Source: an uncultured Chromatiales bacterium
Lineage (GTDB): Bacteria > Pseudomonadota > Gammaproteobacteria > JACKNK01 > CAYPEH01
Length of the DNA stretch: 41,630 bases
Direction of reading: 5' to 3'
NCBI GenBank assembly: GCA_964409585.1
Contig: CAYPEH010000001.1
Coordinates: forward strand, 1 to 41,630
Shown here: piece after piece, positions 1-10,300 of the stretch
Position numbering within the stretch: position 1 is the stretch's first letter
How the letters are laid out: every line of letters starts with the position of its first letter
Notes under the pieces: model-generated
What the model was told of the DNA's origin: nothing
Database searches by the model: none
The model's input: only the letters and a program-made list of their open reading frames with translations
Position numbers and translations under genes: made by a program

Positions 1-16
1 ATGCACCCCTGTTCAT

Positions 17-107
17 CGTAAGCCATTGATTTGCATCCTTCCCCCAATAGACAACTCCCTGTAAGGGAACTCTGATCAGGGCGCGTAGCGACTTGATCAG
101 AGTTCCC
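17..107. repeat. ~91-nt dispersed intergenic repeat, copy A (contains a 14-bp-stem hairpin)
   Basis: cgtaagccattgatttgcatccttcccccaatagacaactccctgtaagggaactctgatca...tgatcagagttccc aligns base for base, with scattered substitutions, to 35635..35725 in the same orientation. Internal hairpin: gggaactctgatca / tgatcagagttccc. Confidence 0.7.
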
Positions 108-245
108 TCAGGCTCTGACCGCCATTGGGAGCGGACGCCCCCCTCCCGCCTCCCACGATGCCAGGCCGGCGAGACAGGCAACGGCATTGCCCACGCAACG
201 GGAGTGGGGGAGAATACATTGCCCACCCGGACCCGGAAACACACG

Positions 246-1016
246 GTGCCCAAATCCATCATCTACGAGCAGCCGCTCAACGAACGCATACGCAGCCTGC
301 TTCGCCTGGAGTTCCTGTTCCAGCAGACCGCCTACTGCCTGCGTGGCCAATCCGTGTGGGAAAGCCGTGAGGCCCTCAACGGACTGCTGGACATACTCGA
401 TATCACCTCGCGCACCGACATCAAGAACGAGGTACTGATGGAACTGGACCGGCACACGGAAAGCCTGCGCCGCCTGGACCGGGTTGCCGGCGTCGACCGG
501 GAACGGCTTTCGCAAATCCTGCAAGAGCTGGACAGGCTCAGCAAACGGATACAGCGGATCAACGGCCAGATCGGCCAGCGCCTGAGAGACAGCGAATTCC
601 TCGGCGCCATCCGCCAGCGCACCAGTATCCCCGGCGGCACCTGCGACTTCGATCTGCCCGGCTATCATCGCTGGCTGCAGCTGCCCGCGGACGAGCGCAT
701 CCGGGACCTGTTGCAATGGTTCCAGGAATTCGACGCCATCAATCACTCGGTGGAGATGATCCTGCGGATCATCCGGGAAAGCGCCACCCTGGACGAAAAG
801 ACCGCCATGGCAGGTGTGTTCCAGATGAGTCTGGACACCAGCCTGCCCTACCAGATGGTGCGCGTGTCACTGGAAGGGTCGGGCAACCTCTACCCGGAAA
901 TCAGCGGCGGCCGACACCGTTTCTCCATCCGCTTCCTGCGCCAGGAATCCCTCCAGGAACGCCCCGTCCAGGTCAGGGAAGACATCCCCTTCAGGCTCGC
1001 CTGCTGTGTCATCTGA
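246..1016 (+). CDS. zapD: cell division protein ZapD (FtsZ-ring associated)
   Basis: ORF 93..1016. The block [23 protein letters not shown] is the typical ZapD/YacF N-terminus, and yacG follows as usual. The longest ORF starts at a TTG inside the upstream repeat hairpin, so the in-frame GTG at 246, just before the conserved block, is preferred. The start remains uncertain. Confidence 0.85.
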   Translation: MPKSIIYEQPLNERIRSLLRLEFLFQQTAYCLRGQSVWESREALNGLLDILDITSRTDIKNEVLMELDRHTESLRRLDRVAGVDRERLSQILQELDRLSKRIQRINGQIGQRLRDSEFLGAIRQRTSIPGGTCDFDLPGYHRWLQLPADERIRDLLQWFQEFDAINHSVEMILRIIRESATLDEKTAMAGVFQMSLDTSLPYQMVRVSLEGSGNLYPEISGGRHRFSIRFLRQESLQERPVQVREDIPFRLACCVI

Positions 1017-1191
1017 ACGTGGAAAGGTGCCCACCGTCACCTGCCCCACCTGCGGGGCACAGGTGGCATGGTGCAAGGACTCCCCCTGGCGGCCGTTTTG
1101 CAGCGAGCGCTGCCGCCTGATCGACCTGGGGGAATGGCTGGAGGAACGGCGTGGACTGCCGGTGGAGAACCCGCCGGAAACCCCTACCTGA
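1006..1191 (+). CDS. yacG: DNA gyrase inhibitor YacG (zinc ribbon)
   Basis: 61 aa with CPTCG...[17 protein letters not shown], the YacG signature. It overlaps the zapD stop. An alternative in-frame GTG lies at 1027. Confidence 0.85.
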   Translation: MSSERGKVPTVTCPTCGAQVAWCKDSPWRPFCSERCRLIDLGEWLEERRGLPVENPPETPT

Positions 1192-2134
1192 TCCACCAGG
1201 CGCCGATGGCGGCAATACCCTGGGCGCCATGGGCGAAGGCCATGGACTGGTGCGCCGGCTGCATTCCCCCCAGGGCGTATACCGGCAGGGCCACCTGTTC
1301 CACCAGGCCCCTGAAGCCCTCCCAGCCCAGAACCGGGGCACCGGGATGACTGTCCGTGGGCCGTACCGGGGAGAGGACGGCGAAGTCCACGCCGATGGAC
1401 TCGGCATGGCGCAATTCCCCGAGGTTGTGGCAGGAGGCGGCCAGCCAGCGCCCACGGCCGATGGGACGCCCTTGCAGGGTCATCAGCCGCCGGGTATTCA
1501 GATGCACACCGTCGGCACCCAGTTCCATGGCCTCTTCGGGATCGCCGTTCACCAGCATTTCGGCACCATGGGCCCGGCACAAGACCAGTGCCTGTTCGAT
1601 GCGCGCCCGCCGCTCCGGCCCGTGGAGTTCCGGGGCGCGGAACTGAACCAGCCGTATTCCCTGCTCCAGGGCGCGCTGCAATCGCCGCCGGAAGGTTTCG
1701 GAGTCCCCGGCCGCGCCGGTGATGAGGTAACGGGACGGCAGACGCACGGCATGGACGATGGGCCGGTCGGCGGCGGGCATGTCCTGCTCACCCAGTTCGC
1801 CCACCGGCACCCAGGCCAGGGGCTGGCCTTCCCGACCGTGGGGTTCACCACTGAACCGTTCCACCCGCCACACGTCCAGCAACACGGACTTGTCCGGATA
1901 GTCGTGACGTATGCGAATCAGGGGGCGGGCGCTTTGGACCGCGATGCCCAGTTCCTCGTGCAGCTCGCGGGCCAGGCCCTGTTCGATGTCTTCGCCGGGT
2001 TCCAGCTTGCCACCGGGAAATTCCCACAGGCCGCCCTGATGGACGTGGTCATGGCGCCGGGCGAGCAGGACCTCGCCCCGGGAATTGAAGATGACCCCGG
2101 CGGCGACGTGGATGGGTTTCGATTCTGAATTCAC
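1184..2134 (-). CDS. Nudix (MutT-type) hydrolase fused to a ThiE/TenI-like domain
   Basis: The N-terminal Nudix box [31 protein letters not shown] is seen directly. The ~190-aa C-terminal half resembles the thiamine-phosphate-synthase-like domain of the Pseudomonas-type MutT fusion located next to argJ/secA. That C-terminal assignment is from memory of the family, not a search. Confidence 0.8.
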   Translation of the reverse strand: MNSESKPIHVAAGVIFNSRGEVLLARRHDHVHQGGLWEFPGGKLEPGEDIEQGLARELHEELGIAVQSARPLIRIRHDYPDKSVLLDVWRVERFSGEPHGREGQPLAWVPVGELGEQDMPAADRPIVHAVRLPSRYLITGAAGDSETFRRRLQRALEQGIRLVQFRAPELHGPERRARIEQALVLCRAHGAEMLVNGDPEEAMELGADGVHLNTRRLMTLQGRPIGRGRWLAASCHNLGELRHAESIGVDFAVLSPVRPTDSHPGAPVLGWEGFRGLVEQVALPVYALGGMQPAHQSMAFAHGAQGIAAIGAWWIR

Positions 2135-2173
2135 TCTCCGTGAGTCCCGTGCCGCCGGATTCCGGAGACCCCG

Positions 2174-3388
2174 TCAGCTCCGGTACTCGGCATTGATACG
2201 CACGTATTCGTGGGACAGGTCGGTGGTCCAGATGGTGACCGCGGCCTCTCCACGTCCCAGGTGGACGCGCACGGTGATCTCTTCCCGGTCCATCACCGCC
2301 TGACCAGCCTCCTCGGTATAGCCCGGATCGCGGCCGCCGCCGCTGACGATGCAGACATCGTCCAGGTGGATGGTCACGGCGTTCAGGTCCAGGTCCGCCA
2401 GCCCGGCACGGCCGACGGCGGCCAGAATTCGGCCCCAGTTGGGATCGGAGGCGAAAAAGGCGGTCTTGACCAAGGGGGAGTGGGCGATGGTGTAGGCGAC
2501 TTGGCGGCATTCGTCCCGGTCGCGTCCCGCTTCCACCTGGATATGGATGAATTTGGTCGCCCCCTCGCCATCGCGGACGATGGCCTGGGCCAGCTCCACA
2601 CAGACCTCGTTCAATGCCTGGAGGAATGCCTCCTCCTGCCCGCCACCGGCCTCGATGGCCACGCCGGAGGCGCCGGTGGCCACCAGCATGCAGGCATCGT
2701 TGGTGGAAGTGTCGCCATCGACGGTAATGCTGTTGAAGGACTGGTCCACCGCTTGGCTCAGATAACGCTGCAAGCGGTCGGAGGGAATCACCGCGTCGGT
2801 GGCGATATAGGCCAGCATGGTGGCCATGTCCGGCCGTATCATGCCAGAGCCCTTGGCGATGCCGGTCAGGGTCACGGTCCCGGCCGCGGTCTCGATACGG
2901 CGGCTGGAACCCTTGGGGCGGGTGTCCGTGGTGAGGATGCCGTGGGCCGCGTCCCGCCAGCCGTCCAAACTCAGGGCGGCCAACGCTCCTGGAATCCCGG
3001 CGAGAAGCCGGTCCATGGGCAGATTCTCGCCGATCACTCCGGTGGAGAAGGGCAGGACTTCCCGCTCATCGCAACCAACCTGATGCGCCAGTTCGGCGCA
3101 GGTGGCGCGGGCATCGAGCATGCCCTGATCACCGGTGCCGGCATTGGCATTGCCGGTGTTGATGATGAAATAGCGTGGGGCCTTTTGCCCCATGTGTTCT
3201 CTGGCGACGGTGACCGGCGCCGCGCAGAAGGCATTGCGGGTGAAGGTGCCGGCGCAGGTGGAACCCGGCGCGAACTCCATCACCACCAGGTCGCGGCGGC
3301 CGGTGTAGCGGATGCCCGCTTCCGTGCTGCCGATGCGCACGCCGGCCACCGGATGCAACTCGGGCAGGGTTCCGCTTCCTACCGCCAT
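2174..3388 (-). CDS. argJ: bifunctional ornithine acetyltransferase / N-acetylglutamate synthase ArgJ
   Basis: 404 aa. ArgJ-like throughout, with the autoproteolysis motif ATML in ...[23 protein letters not shown] lies 4 nt upstream of the ATG. Confidence 0.93.
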   Translation of the reverse strand: MAVGSGTLPELHPVAGVRIGSTEAGIRYTGRRDLVVMEFAPGSTCAGTFTRNAFCAAPVTVAREHMGQKAPRYFIINTGNANAGTGDQGMLDARATCAELAHQVGCDEREVLPFSTGVIGENLPMDRLLAGIPGALAALSLDGWRDAAHGILTTDTRPKGSSRRIETAAGTVTLTGIAKGSGMIRPDMATMLAYIATDAVIPSDRLQRYLSQAVDQSFNSITVDGDTSTNDACMLVATGASGVAIEAGGGQEEAFLQALNEVCVELAQAIVRDGEGATKFIHIQVEAGRDRDECRQVAYTIAHSPLVKTAFFASDPNWGRILAAVGRAGLADLDLNAVTIHLDDVCIVSGGGRDPGYTEEAGQAVMDREEITVRVHLGRGEAAVTIWTTDLSHEYVRINAEYRS

Positions 3389-3540
3389 GGGGCTCCTCTG
3401 AAAATAGTGATTTTTTCGTCAGAGCGAGGAGTCCCCGCGCACAGAACCGCAGTGTACAGGGGAGTACATGAGGATTCGAGCACGGGGACGACGACGCTAT
3501 GGCGGAAAAAGTGCATTTTTAGAGGTGCCCCATGGGTGGT

Positions 3541-6360
3541 TCAGGCCACCTTGCCATGACAGTGCTTGTACTTCTTGCCGGAGCCGCAGGGGCAGGGCTC
3601 GTTGCGACCGATCTTGCGCCCCTCGCGGACGAAAGGCTCGTGCTCGGCCTGGGCGGCGGCTGCCTCGTCCCGCCCGGTCTCGATACCCTCGGGGGCGACC
3701 TGGGCCATGGTCGCGGCGTCGGCATGCTGATACTGCATGGCCGCGGCGGCTGCAGCGCGGCGCTGGGCCTCCAGCTCCTCCACATCCTGCTCTGCGGCCA
3801 CGCGCACCTTGCTGAGGATACCAATGACCTCGTGTTTGATGCGATCCAGCAGGGCCTCGAACATTTCGAAGGCCTCGCGCTTGTATTCCTGCTTGGGGTT
3901 CTTCTGCGCATAGCCGCGCAGGTGAATGCCCTGCCGCAGGTAGTCCATGGCCGCCAGGTGTTCCTTCCACAGGGTATCCAGGGTTTGCAGGGTCACGGCC
4001 TTTTCGAAATGGCGCATGACCGGCGCGCCCACCTGTTCCTCCTTGACCTTGGCCTCGGCGACCAGCTCCCCGAGGATGCGCTCGCGCAGGTTTTCCTCGT
4101 GCAGGTTGTGATCTTCCTCCAGCCAGCGTCCGATTTCGTAGCGTGAGCCGAATTCCTTCTCCAGGGCATCTTCCAGGCCGGGTATGTCCCACTGCTCGTC
4201 GATGGAGCCGGGCGGGATATAGCGGTCGATGACCTCGTTGACCACGTCCCGGCGGATGGCCTCGATGATGTCCGAGATGTCATCGGTGGCCATCAGCTCG
4301 TTGCGCTGCTGGTAGATCACCTTGCGCTGGTCGTTGGCCACATCGTCGAATTCCAGCAGGTTCTTGCGGATGTCGAAGTTGTGGGCCTCCACCTTGCGCT
4401 GGGCATTTTCGATCGCCTTGGTCACCCAGGGGTGCTCGATGGCCTCGCCCTCTTCCATGCCCAGTTTCTGCATGATGCCGCTGATGCGCTCGGAGGCGAA
4501 GATGCGCATCAGGTTGTCTTCCAGGGAAAGGTAGAAACGGCTGGAACCGGGGTCGCCCTGGCGGCCGGCACGGCCGCGCAACTGGTTGTCGATGCGCCGG
4601 GATTCGTGGCGCTCGGTGCCGATGATGTGCAGCCCCCCCGCCTCGATCACCTGCTGGTGACGCTGCTGCCATTCCTCGCGCAGCTTTTCCTTCTCCGCCT
4701 CGTCGGCATCGGGGCCGAGTGCGTTCAGATCGGCATCGAGGCTGCCGCCGAGGACGATGTCGGTGCCACGGCCGGCCATGTTGGTGGCGATGGTGACCGC
4801 GCCGGGACGGCCGGCGTGCTCCACCACGTGAGCCTCGCGCTCATGCTGCTTGGCGTTGAGCACCTGATGTTCGATGCCCTCCTTGGTCAGCATCCCGGAA
4901 AGCAGTTCCGAGGTCTCGATGGCCGTGGTGCCCACCAGTACCGGCTGGCCCCTGGCGATGCAGTCGCGGATATCCTCGATGATGGCCTTGTACTTCTCGC
5001 CGGTGGTCAGATAGACCAGATCGGGGCGGTCATCGCGGATCATCTTCCTGTGGGTGGGGATGACGATGACCTCCAGGCCGTAGATCTGCTGGAATTCATA
5101 GGCCTCCGTGTCGGCCGTGCCGGTCATGCCCGACAGCTTGTTGTACATGCGGAAATAGTTCTGGAAGGTGATGGAGGCGAGGGTCTGGTTCTCCGCCTGG
5201 ATCGGCACCCCTTCCTTGGCCTCCACCGCCTGGTGCAGTCCCTCGGACCAGCGCCGCCCCGGCATGGTGCGGCCGGTGAATTCATCGACGATGACCACCT
5301 CGCCGTTGCGCACGATGTAATGCACATCCCGCTGGTAGAGGGCGTGGGCACGCAGGGCTGCGTTCAGGTGATGCAGCTTGGCGATGTTGGCGGTGTCGTA
5401 GAGGCTCTCCCCCTCGCCCAGCAATCCCAGCTCGGTGAGCATCTCCTCCACATGCTGGTGGCCTTCCTCGGTGAGATAGACCTGACGGGCCTTCTCGTCC
5501 ACCCAGTAGTCGCCGTCCCCGGAATCCTCCGACTCCTGCTTCCGCAGGCGGGGGATCAGGTCGTTCATGGTCATGTACAGATCGGTCCGCTCATCGGTGG
5601 GGCCGGAGATGATCAGCGGGGTGCGGGCCTCGTCGATGAGGATGGAGTCCACCTCGTCGACGATGGCGAAATTCAGTTCGCGCTGGACCTTCTCCTCGGT
5701 GGAAAAGGCCATGTTGTCGCGCAGGTAGTCGAAACCGAATTCGTTGTTGGTGCCATAGGTGATATCGGCGGCATAGGCCTCGCGGCGGCTGACCGGGCGC
5801 AGGTGCAGGTAGCCGTCGCCGTCGGCGGGGACGAAATCCGGATCGAAGCGGTAGGAACTGCTGTCCGGCCCCATGCCACCGGAGGAATTGAGCACCCCGG
5901 TGCTCAGACCGAGGGCGTGATAGACGCGCCCCATCCACTCCGCGTCGCGGCGCGCCAGGTAATCGTTGACCGTCACTACGTGCACACCCTTGCCGGGCAG
6001 GGCATTGAGATAGGCCGCCAGGGTTGCCACGAGGGTCTTGCCCTCGCCGGTGCGCATCTCGGCGATCCGTCCCTGGTTCAACACCATGCCGCCGATGAGC
6101 TGGACATCGAAGTGGCGCATGCCCAGCACACGCCGCCCGGTCTCGCGCACCACGGCAAAGGCCTCCACCAGCAGATCATCCAGGGCCGCACCCTGCTCCA
6201 GGCGCTGACGGAATTCAGCCGTCTTGGCCTTCAACTCCTCGTCGGAAAGTTTCTCGATTTCGGGCTCGATGGCATTGATCCGTTCGACTTCTTTCCGCAG
6301 GCGCTTGATGACACGCTCATTGCGGCTGCCGAAGATCTTGCTGAGCAGTTTGCTGACCAT
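3541..6360 (-). CDS. secA: preprotein translocase ATPase SecA
   Basis: 939 aa. N-terminus [16 protein letters not shown], motor motifs [10 protein letters not shown] and [19 protein letters not shown], and the C-terminal zinc motif [14 protein letters not shown]. Confidence 0.98.
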   Translation of the reverse strand: MVSKLLSKIFGSRNERVIKRLRKEVERINAIEPEIEKLSDEELKAKTAEFRQRLEQGAALDDLLVEAFAVVRETGRRVLGMRHFDVQLIGGMVLNQGRIAEMRTGEGKTLVATLAAYLNALPGKGVHVVTVNDYLARRDAEWMGRVYHALGLSTGVLNSSGGMGPDSSSYRFDPDFVPADGDGYLHLRPVSRREAYAADITYGTNNEFGFDYLRDNMAFSTEEKVQRELNFAIVDEVDSILIDEARTPLIISGPTDERTDLYMTMNDLIPRLRKQESEDSGDGDYWVDEKARQVYLTEEGHQHVEEMLTELGLLGEGESLYDTANIAKLHHLNAALRAHALYQRDVHYIVRNGEVVIVDEFTGRTMPGRRWSEGLHQAVEAKEGVPIQAENQTLASITFQNYFRMYNKLSGMTGTADTEAYEFQQIYGLEVIVIPTHRKMIRDDRPDLVYLTTGEKYKAIIEDIRDCIARGQPVLVGTTAIETSELLSGMLTKEGIEHQVLNAKQHEREAHVVEHAGRPGAVTIATNMAGRGTDIVLGGSLDADLNALGPDADEAEKEKLREEWQQRHQQVIEAGGLHIIGTERHESRRIDNQLRGRAGRQGDPGSSRFYLSLEDNLMRIFASERISGIMQKLGMEEGEAIEHPWVTKAIENAQRKVEAHNFDIRKNLLEFDDVANDQRKVIYQQRNELMATDDISDIIEAIRRDVVNEVIDRYIPPGSIDEQWDIPGLEDALEKEFGSRYEIGRWLEEDHNLHEENLRERILGELVAEAKVKEEQVGAPVMRHFEKAVTLQTLDTLWKEHLAAMDYLRQGIHLRGYAQKNPKQEYKREAFEMFEALLDRIKHEVIGILSKVRVAAEQDVEELEAQRRAAAAAAMQYQHADAATMAQVAPEGIETGRDEAAAAQAEHEPFVREGRKIGRNEPCPCGSGKKYKHCHGKVA

Positions 6361-6523
6361 AGCCGGGAAGGTCCTGATTCAAGGCGCTAAAAGACGTAAA
6401 TCATACCCGAAGGGGGAATGCGGCGCGAGGAACAAACGTCATCGCCTGCCGGCATCGGGAACGACAGTGGAAGACCGGGACGGGAACGGCCAGGGTGACG
6501 TGAAGCGACTACCGACGGGGGAA

Positions 6524-7468
6524 TCAACGGGCAGCCAGAATGAATTTCCGCGGATTGACCGGGCGGCCGTCCTTGCGGACCTCGAAATGCACATGGGGGC
6601 CAGTAGAGCGCCCCGTGTTGCCCAGCAACGCGATCACATCCCCGCGCTTGACCATGTCGCCCGGCTTGACGAGATTCTTCTTGTTGTGCGCATAGCGGGT
6701 GGTGTACCCGTCACCGTGGTCGATCTCCACCATGTAACCGTAGTTGGAGCGCTTGCCGGACCAGATAACCACACCAGCGGCCACCGCCATCACCTCCGAG
6801 CCCTCCTTGCCCGCGAAATCGTAGCCATGGTGCCACTGTTTGCGGCCGGTGATGGGATCGGTCCGGCGGCCGTAACCGGACGAGATCCATCCGTCCGTCA
6901 GCGGACGACCCGCCGGCTGCACCGCTTCCTGCAGCTGGCGGTCGAGCATGAGATCCTCCAGCACCAGCAGCTGGCGTTCACGATCCTTCAGTTCCCGCTC
7001 CAGATCGTCCAATGATTTCAGCAACTCGGTGGCATTGATCGCCTGCGCATCCAGGGGGACACCCGGGCCACCCTGCGCCGGAGGACGGCTGAAGTCGAAT
7101 TCACCGCCGTCCAGCTTGGCCATGTGGGTCATGCGCTGACCGAAGGCATTGATCCGGGTAACCTCCGCCTGCAACCGTCCAACCCGCTGGGACAAGGCCT
7201 CCAGGGTGGCCTTCACTTCGATACGCGTGGCATCGACCCGGCCCCGGAGCCTCTCCAGCTCCTTGTCGACCACATCGGCGACTTCCACCTGCGCCGGCGC
7301 CTTCACCGCCACGGGATCTTCATTCAGGGCCGCGAACATATAACCGGCATAGAAGGTCGAACCGCCCACGAGTGCGAGCGCCAGGGTGAGCAGGGCAAAT
7401 GAGGCCAGGCCGCTCAACTGAATGTTGCGGGTGCGATGCCTTGCCTTGGAAAAAATGACAACCTTCAT
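6524..7468 (-). CDS. M23/LytM-family metallopeptidase (membrane-anchored, coiled-coil N-terminal region)
   Basis: C-terminal HHGYDF (HxxxD) and GPHVHFEV (HxH) M23 zinc motifs, plus an N-terminal hydrophobic segment LASFALLTLALALVGG. The start is either ATG 7468 (MKVVIFSK...) or GTG 7501. Confidence 0.85.
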   Translation of the reverse strand: MKVVIFSKARHRTRNIQLSGLASFALLTLALALVGGSTFYAGYMFAALNEDPVAVKAPAQVEVADVVDKELERLRGRVDATRIEVKATLEALSQRVGRLQAEVTRINAFGQRMTHMAKLDGGEFDFSRPPAQGGPGVPLDAQAINATELLKSLDDLERELKDRERQLLVLEDLMLDRQLQEAVQPAGRPLTDGWISSGYGRRTDPITGRKQWHHGYDFAGKEGSEVMAVAAGVVIWSGKRSNYGYMVEIDHGDGYTTRYAHNKKNLVKPGDMVKRGDVIALLGNTGRSTGPHVHFEVRKDGRPVNPRKFILAAR

Positions 7469-7526
7469 GGATTCCAACCCTGCCGGGGGGGAGGTAGCCA
7501 CCCCGATATTTTATTATTCTGCCGGT

Positions 7527-7970
7527 ATGTCATACCGGTCTGTGCAATCCAGGTCAATCAGGACCCTTCTGAGGCGCTCCTCCCTCTACTCCCGCGCGGA
7601 ACAGTTGCGCGCACTGGATGCCCTGCTGGCCGAGTGTCTTTCACCGGATCTGGCGCCCCATTGCAGGGCGGCCCGTCTCGAAGGAAATGTCCTCACCCTG
7701 ATCGCCGAATCATCCGCATGGGCAACCCGCCTGCGCTACCAGGCGGGGGCCATCATATCCCACTTTTCCACCCGCCCGGACATTGATATCCGTCAGGTAA
7801 AGGTCAAAACAGGCAAAAGGCGTATCAAGCGCCCGCCACGCAAAAAACGCAAGGCCGAAATATCCACTGCCAACAGAAAAGCCATCGCTCGCGGGGCGGC
7901 GGGCATCAATGACCCGAAGTTGCGCCAGGCCCTGTTGCGCCTGGCGGGCGGCGGGCGCCCGAAACGCTGA
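7527..7970 (+). CDS. dciA: DUF721 / DciA-family protein (candidate replicative-helicase operator)
   Basis: The core ...LDALLAECLSPDLAPHCRAARLEGNVLTLIAESSAWATRLRYQAGAIISHF fits the DUF721 pattern, and the C-terminal tail is very basic. The secA/lpxC neighbourhood is typical. ATG 7527 is preferred over the longest ORF (7422), which would overlap the divergent peptidase gene. Confidence 0.7.
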   Translation: MSYRSVQSRSIRTLLRRSSLYSRAEQLRALDALLAECLSPDLAPHCRAARLEGNVLTLIAESSAWATRLRYQAGAIISHFSTRPDIDIRQVKVKTGKRRIKRPPRKKRKAEISTANRKAIARGAAGINDPKLRQALLRLAGGGRPKR

Positions 7971-7994
7971 GGCGGCCCGCTGCTTCGGCCCGTA

Positions 7995-8912
7995 TCAGGC
8001 CGGTGCCACGGACACCGCCTGGCTGTACGAGATCGGCGCCTGGCCGGCATCGTTGAAGGTGACCTCTTCCCAGCATTCCTCCTGGGCGAGCAGGGTACGC
8101 AACAGATGGTTGTTGAGCGCATGTCCCGACTTGTAGCCCTGGAAGGCGCCCACCAGACTCCTGCCCAGCAGATAGAGGTCACCGATCGCATCGAGGATCT
8201 TGTGTTTGACGAATTCGTCCTCGTAGCGAAGACCGTCCTCGTTGAGAATGCGGTAATCGTCCACCACCACTGCGTTGTCCATGCTGCCGCCGAGGGCCAG
8301 CCTGCGTTCACGCAGCAGCTCCACGTCACGCATGAAACCGAAGGTGCGGGCGCGGCTCACCTCCTTGACGAAGGAGGTGGTGGAGAAATCCACCTCGGCA
8401 CGCTGACTGTGAGCGTGGAATACCGGGTGGTCGAAATCGATGGTGAAACCCACCTTGAAACCGTCGAAGGGATCGAAGCGGGCCCATTTGTCGCCATCGC
8501 GGACTTCAACCGGTTTCCTGATCCGGATGAAACGCTTGGCTGCGTTCTGCTCCTCGATACCGGCGGACTGGATGAGGAACACGAAAGGACCGGCACTGCC
8601 ATCCATGATCGGCAGTTCGGGGGCACTGACATCCACATAGGCATTGTCGATGCCCAGGCCGGCCATGGCCGACAGCAGGTGTTCGACCGTGGAGATACGC
8701 ACGTCCCCCTTGACCAGGGTGGTGGAGAGGCGGGTGTCGCCGACGTGATCCGGGCTGGCCTTGATCTCCACGGGATCGTCGAGATCCACCCGCCGGAACA
8801 CGATACCCGTGCCCACTGCGGCGGGACGCAGAGTCAGATAAACCTTTTCCCCTGTATGGAGGCCAACGCCAGTCGCACGAATGACGTTCTTGAGCGTGCG
8901 TTGTCTTATCAT
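7995..8912 (-). CDS. lpxC: UDP-3-O-acyl-N-acetylglucosamine deacetylase LpxC
   Basis: [31 protein letters not shown] is the canonical LpxC N-terminus, giving 305 aa from ATG 8912. The longer ORF to 9239 is an Arg/Pro-rich extension overlapping ftsZ and is rejected. Confidence 0.95.
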   Translation of the reverse strand: MIRQRTLKNVIRATGVGLHTGEKVYLTLRPAAVGTGIVFRRVDLDDPVEIKASPDHVGDTRLSTTLVKGDVRISTVEHLLSAMAGLGIDNAYVDVSAPELPIMDGSAGPFVFLIQSAGIEEQNAAKRFIRIRKPVEVRDGDKWARFDPFDGFKVGFTIDFDHPVFHAHSQRAEVDFSTTSFVKEVSRARTFGFMRDVELLRERRLALGGSMDNAVVVDDYRILNEDGLRYEDEFVKHKILDAIGDLYLLGRSLVGAFQGYKSGHALNNHLLRTLLAQEECWEEVTFNDAGQAPISYSQAVSVAPA

Positions 8913-9008
8913 CGTTATGTATCGATTTCCCCAAACCATCCCTGGCCCGAATATTCGTTGGGGCACGATGTTACTAAGACCCACCGGAACATGGCAAGCC
9001 ATTGAAAC

Positions 9009-9043
9009 GGCCACGGGCACCCGGCGCAGGGGCACCCGTGGCC
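9009..9043 (-). terminator. GC-rich hairpin between ftsZ and lpxC (possible attenuator/terminator)
   Basis: ggccacggg...cccgtggcc forms a 9-bp stem plus 3 inner pairs, followed on the minus strand by GTTTC. The U tract is short, so this call is weak. Confidence 0.3.
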
Positions 9044-9069
9044 ACTTCCAGGGCCGGGGGGGCGATCGG

Positions 9070-10233
9070 TCAGTCGGCCTGACGGCGCAGGAAGGCCGGG
9101 ATGTCCAGATAGGCCATGCTGTCATCCTGTCCCTGCGGGGCATAACCGTCGCCGACCGCCTTCTTGCGATCCACCGCCGGAGTCTCGTACTTGCGGTAAT
9201 CGGGGTTCTCTTCCGGCGCCGCCGACTTCTCCACCACACGCAGCGGCTCGGCCACGGTCACTGGCGCCTCGCCACCCAGGCCGGTGGCCACCACGGTAAC
9301 ACGCAGCTCATCCTGCATGTCCATGTCGACCACGGTGCCCACCACCACATTGGCCTCCGGCGAGGCGAATTCCTTGATCGTGTTGCCCACCGCCTCGAAC
9401 TCGGTGATGCCCATGTCCATGCCACCGGTGACATTCACCAGGATGCCACGGGCGCCACGCAGGTCGATGTCTTCCAGCAGCGGGCTGTGGATGGCCGCCT
9501 CGGCCGCCTCCTGGGCGCGGTTCTCGCCACGGGAGGTGCCGGTGCCCATCATCGCCTGCCCCATTTCCGACATCACCGTGCGTACATCGGCGAAGTCGAC
9601 GTTGATCAGGCCGCGGCGGGTGATGAGTTCGGAAATACCCTGCACCGCCCCCAGCAATACGTTGTTGGCCTCGCCAAACGCATCCAGCAGCGAGATGTTG
9701 GCATTCTGCGCCGCCAGCACGGTGAGCAGCTTCTCGTTGGGGATGGTGATCAACGAATCGACGTATTCACCCAATTCCTTGATGCCTTCCTTGGCCACGC
9801 GCATGCGCTTGCCGCCCTCGAAGGAAAACGGCTTGGTCACCACCGCCACGGTGAGGATATCCAGCTCCTTGGCCAGTTGGGCCACCACCGGTGCGGCGCC
9901 GGTACCGGTGCCGCCGCCCATGCCGGCGGTGATGAACAGCATGTCGGAGCCGTCGATGGCCTCCTTGATGCGGTCGCGGTCCTCCAGGGCCGCCTCGCGG
10001 CCCTTGTCCGGATCGGCGCCGGCGCCCAGTCCCTTGGTCACGTTGGCCCCCATCTGGATCACGGTGTGGTTGGCCACATTCTCCAACGCCTGGGCATCGG
10101 TGTTGGCGTAGATGAATTCCACCCCCTCCAGGTTGCCCTTCGTCATGTGCTGCACGGCGTTGCCACCGCCACCACCGACGCCGATCACGCGGATCACCGC
10201 CTGCTGCGAATAGGAATCTACCAGTTCAAACAT
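9070..10233 (-). CDS. ftsZ: cell division GTPase FtsZ
   Basis: 387 aa. [14 protein letters not shown] and the tubulin signature [13 protein letters not shown] are present. Confidence 0.98.
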   Translation of the reverse strand: MFELVDSYSQQAVIRVIGVGGGGGNAVQHMTKGNLEGVEFIYANTDAQALENVANHTVIQMGANVTKGLGAGADPDKGREAALEDRDRIKEAIDGSDMLFITAGMGGGTGTGAAPVVAQLAKELDILTVAVVTKPFSFEGGKRMRVAKEGIKELGEYVDSLITIPNEKLLTVLAAQNANISLLDAFGEANNVLLGAVQGISELITRRGLINVDFADVRTVMSEMGQAMMGTGTSRGENRAQEAAEAAIHSPLLEDIDLRGARGILVNVTGGMDMGITEFEAVGNTIKEFASPEANVVVGTVVDMDMQDELRVTVVATGLGGEAPVTVAEPLRVVEKSAAPEENPDYRKYETPAVDRKKAVGDGYAPQGQDDSMAYLDIPAFLRRQAD

Positions 10234-10300
10234 TTGTTGCGCCTCCAGATTAGACCGGTCAATCGCCCCAACGGGCCCCGTCCCTTACCTATACGTACGG

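Noticed and set aside
93-245. N-terminal extensions of the longest ORFs (zapD 93-245; lpxC 8913-9239; murG 16891-16935; ftsI 25141-25272; rsmH 26348-26455; ATPase 30021-30086; hypothetical 31126-31263; hppA 33160-33324)
   Set aside because: The extensions are Arg/Pro-rich, overlap upstream genes or repeat hairpins, and precede the canonical family N-termini. Downstream starts give stop/start coupling or a proper SD.
4381-6390. 669-aa ORF on the plus strand, together with similar very long ORFs at 8881..10350, 10373..11605, 11733..13241, 14267..15631, 16691..18856, 19427..20587, 20796..22322, 21875..23536, 23884..25350, 28284..29414, 31713..33176 and 34060..35478
   Set aside because: Each lies exactly antisense to, or out of frame with, a gene with unmistakable family motifs (secA, ftsZ, ftsA, mur genes, ftsI, hppA and so on). 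Their products are Gly/Arg/Ala/His/Pro-rich with no motifs. These are the expected shadow ORFs of a high-GC genome.
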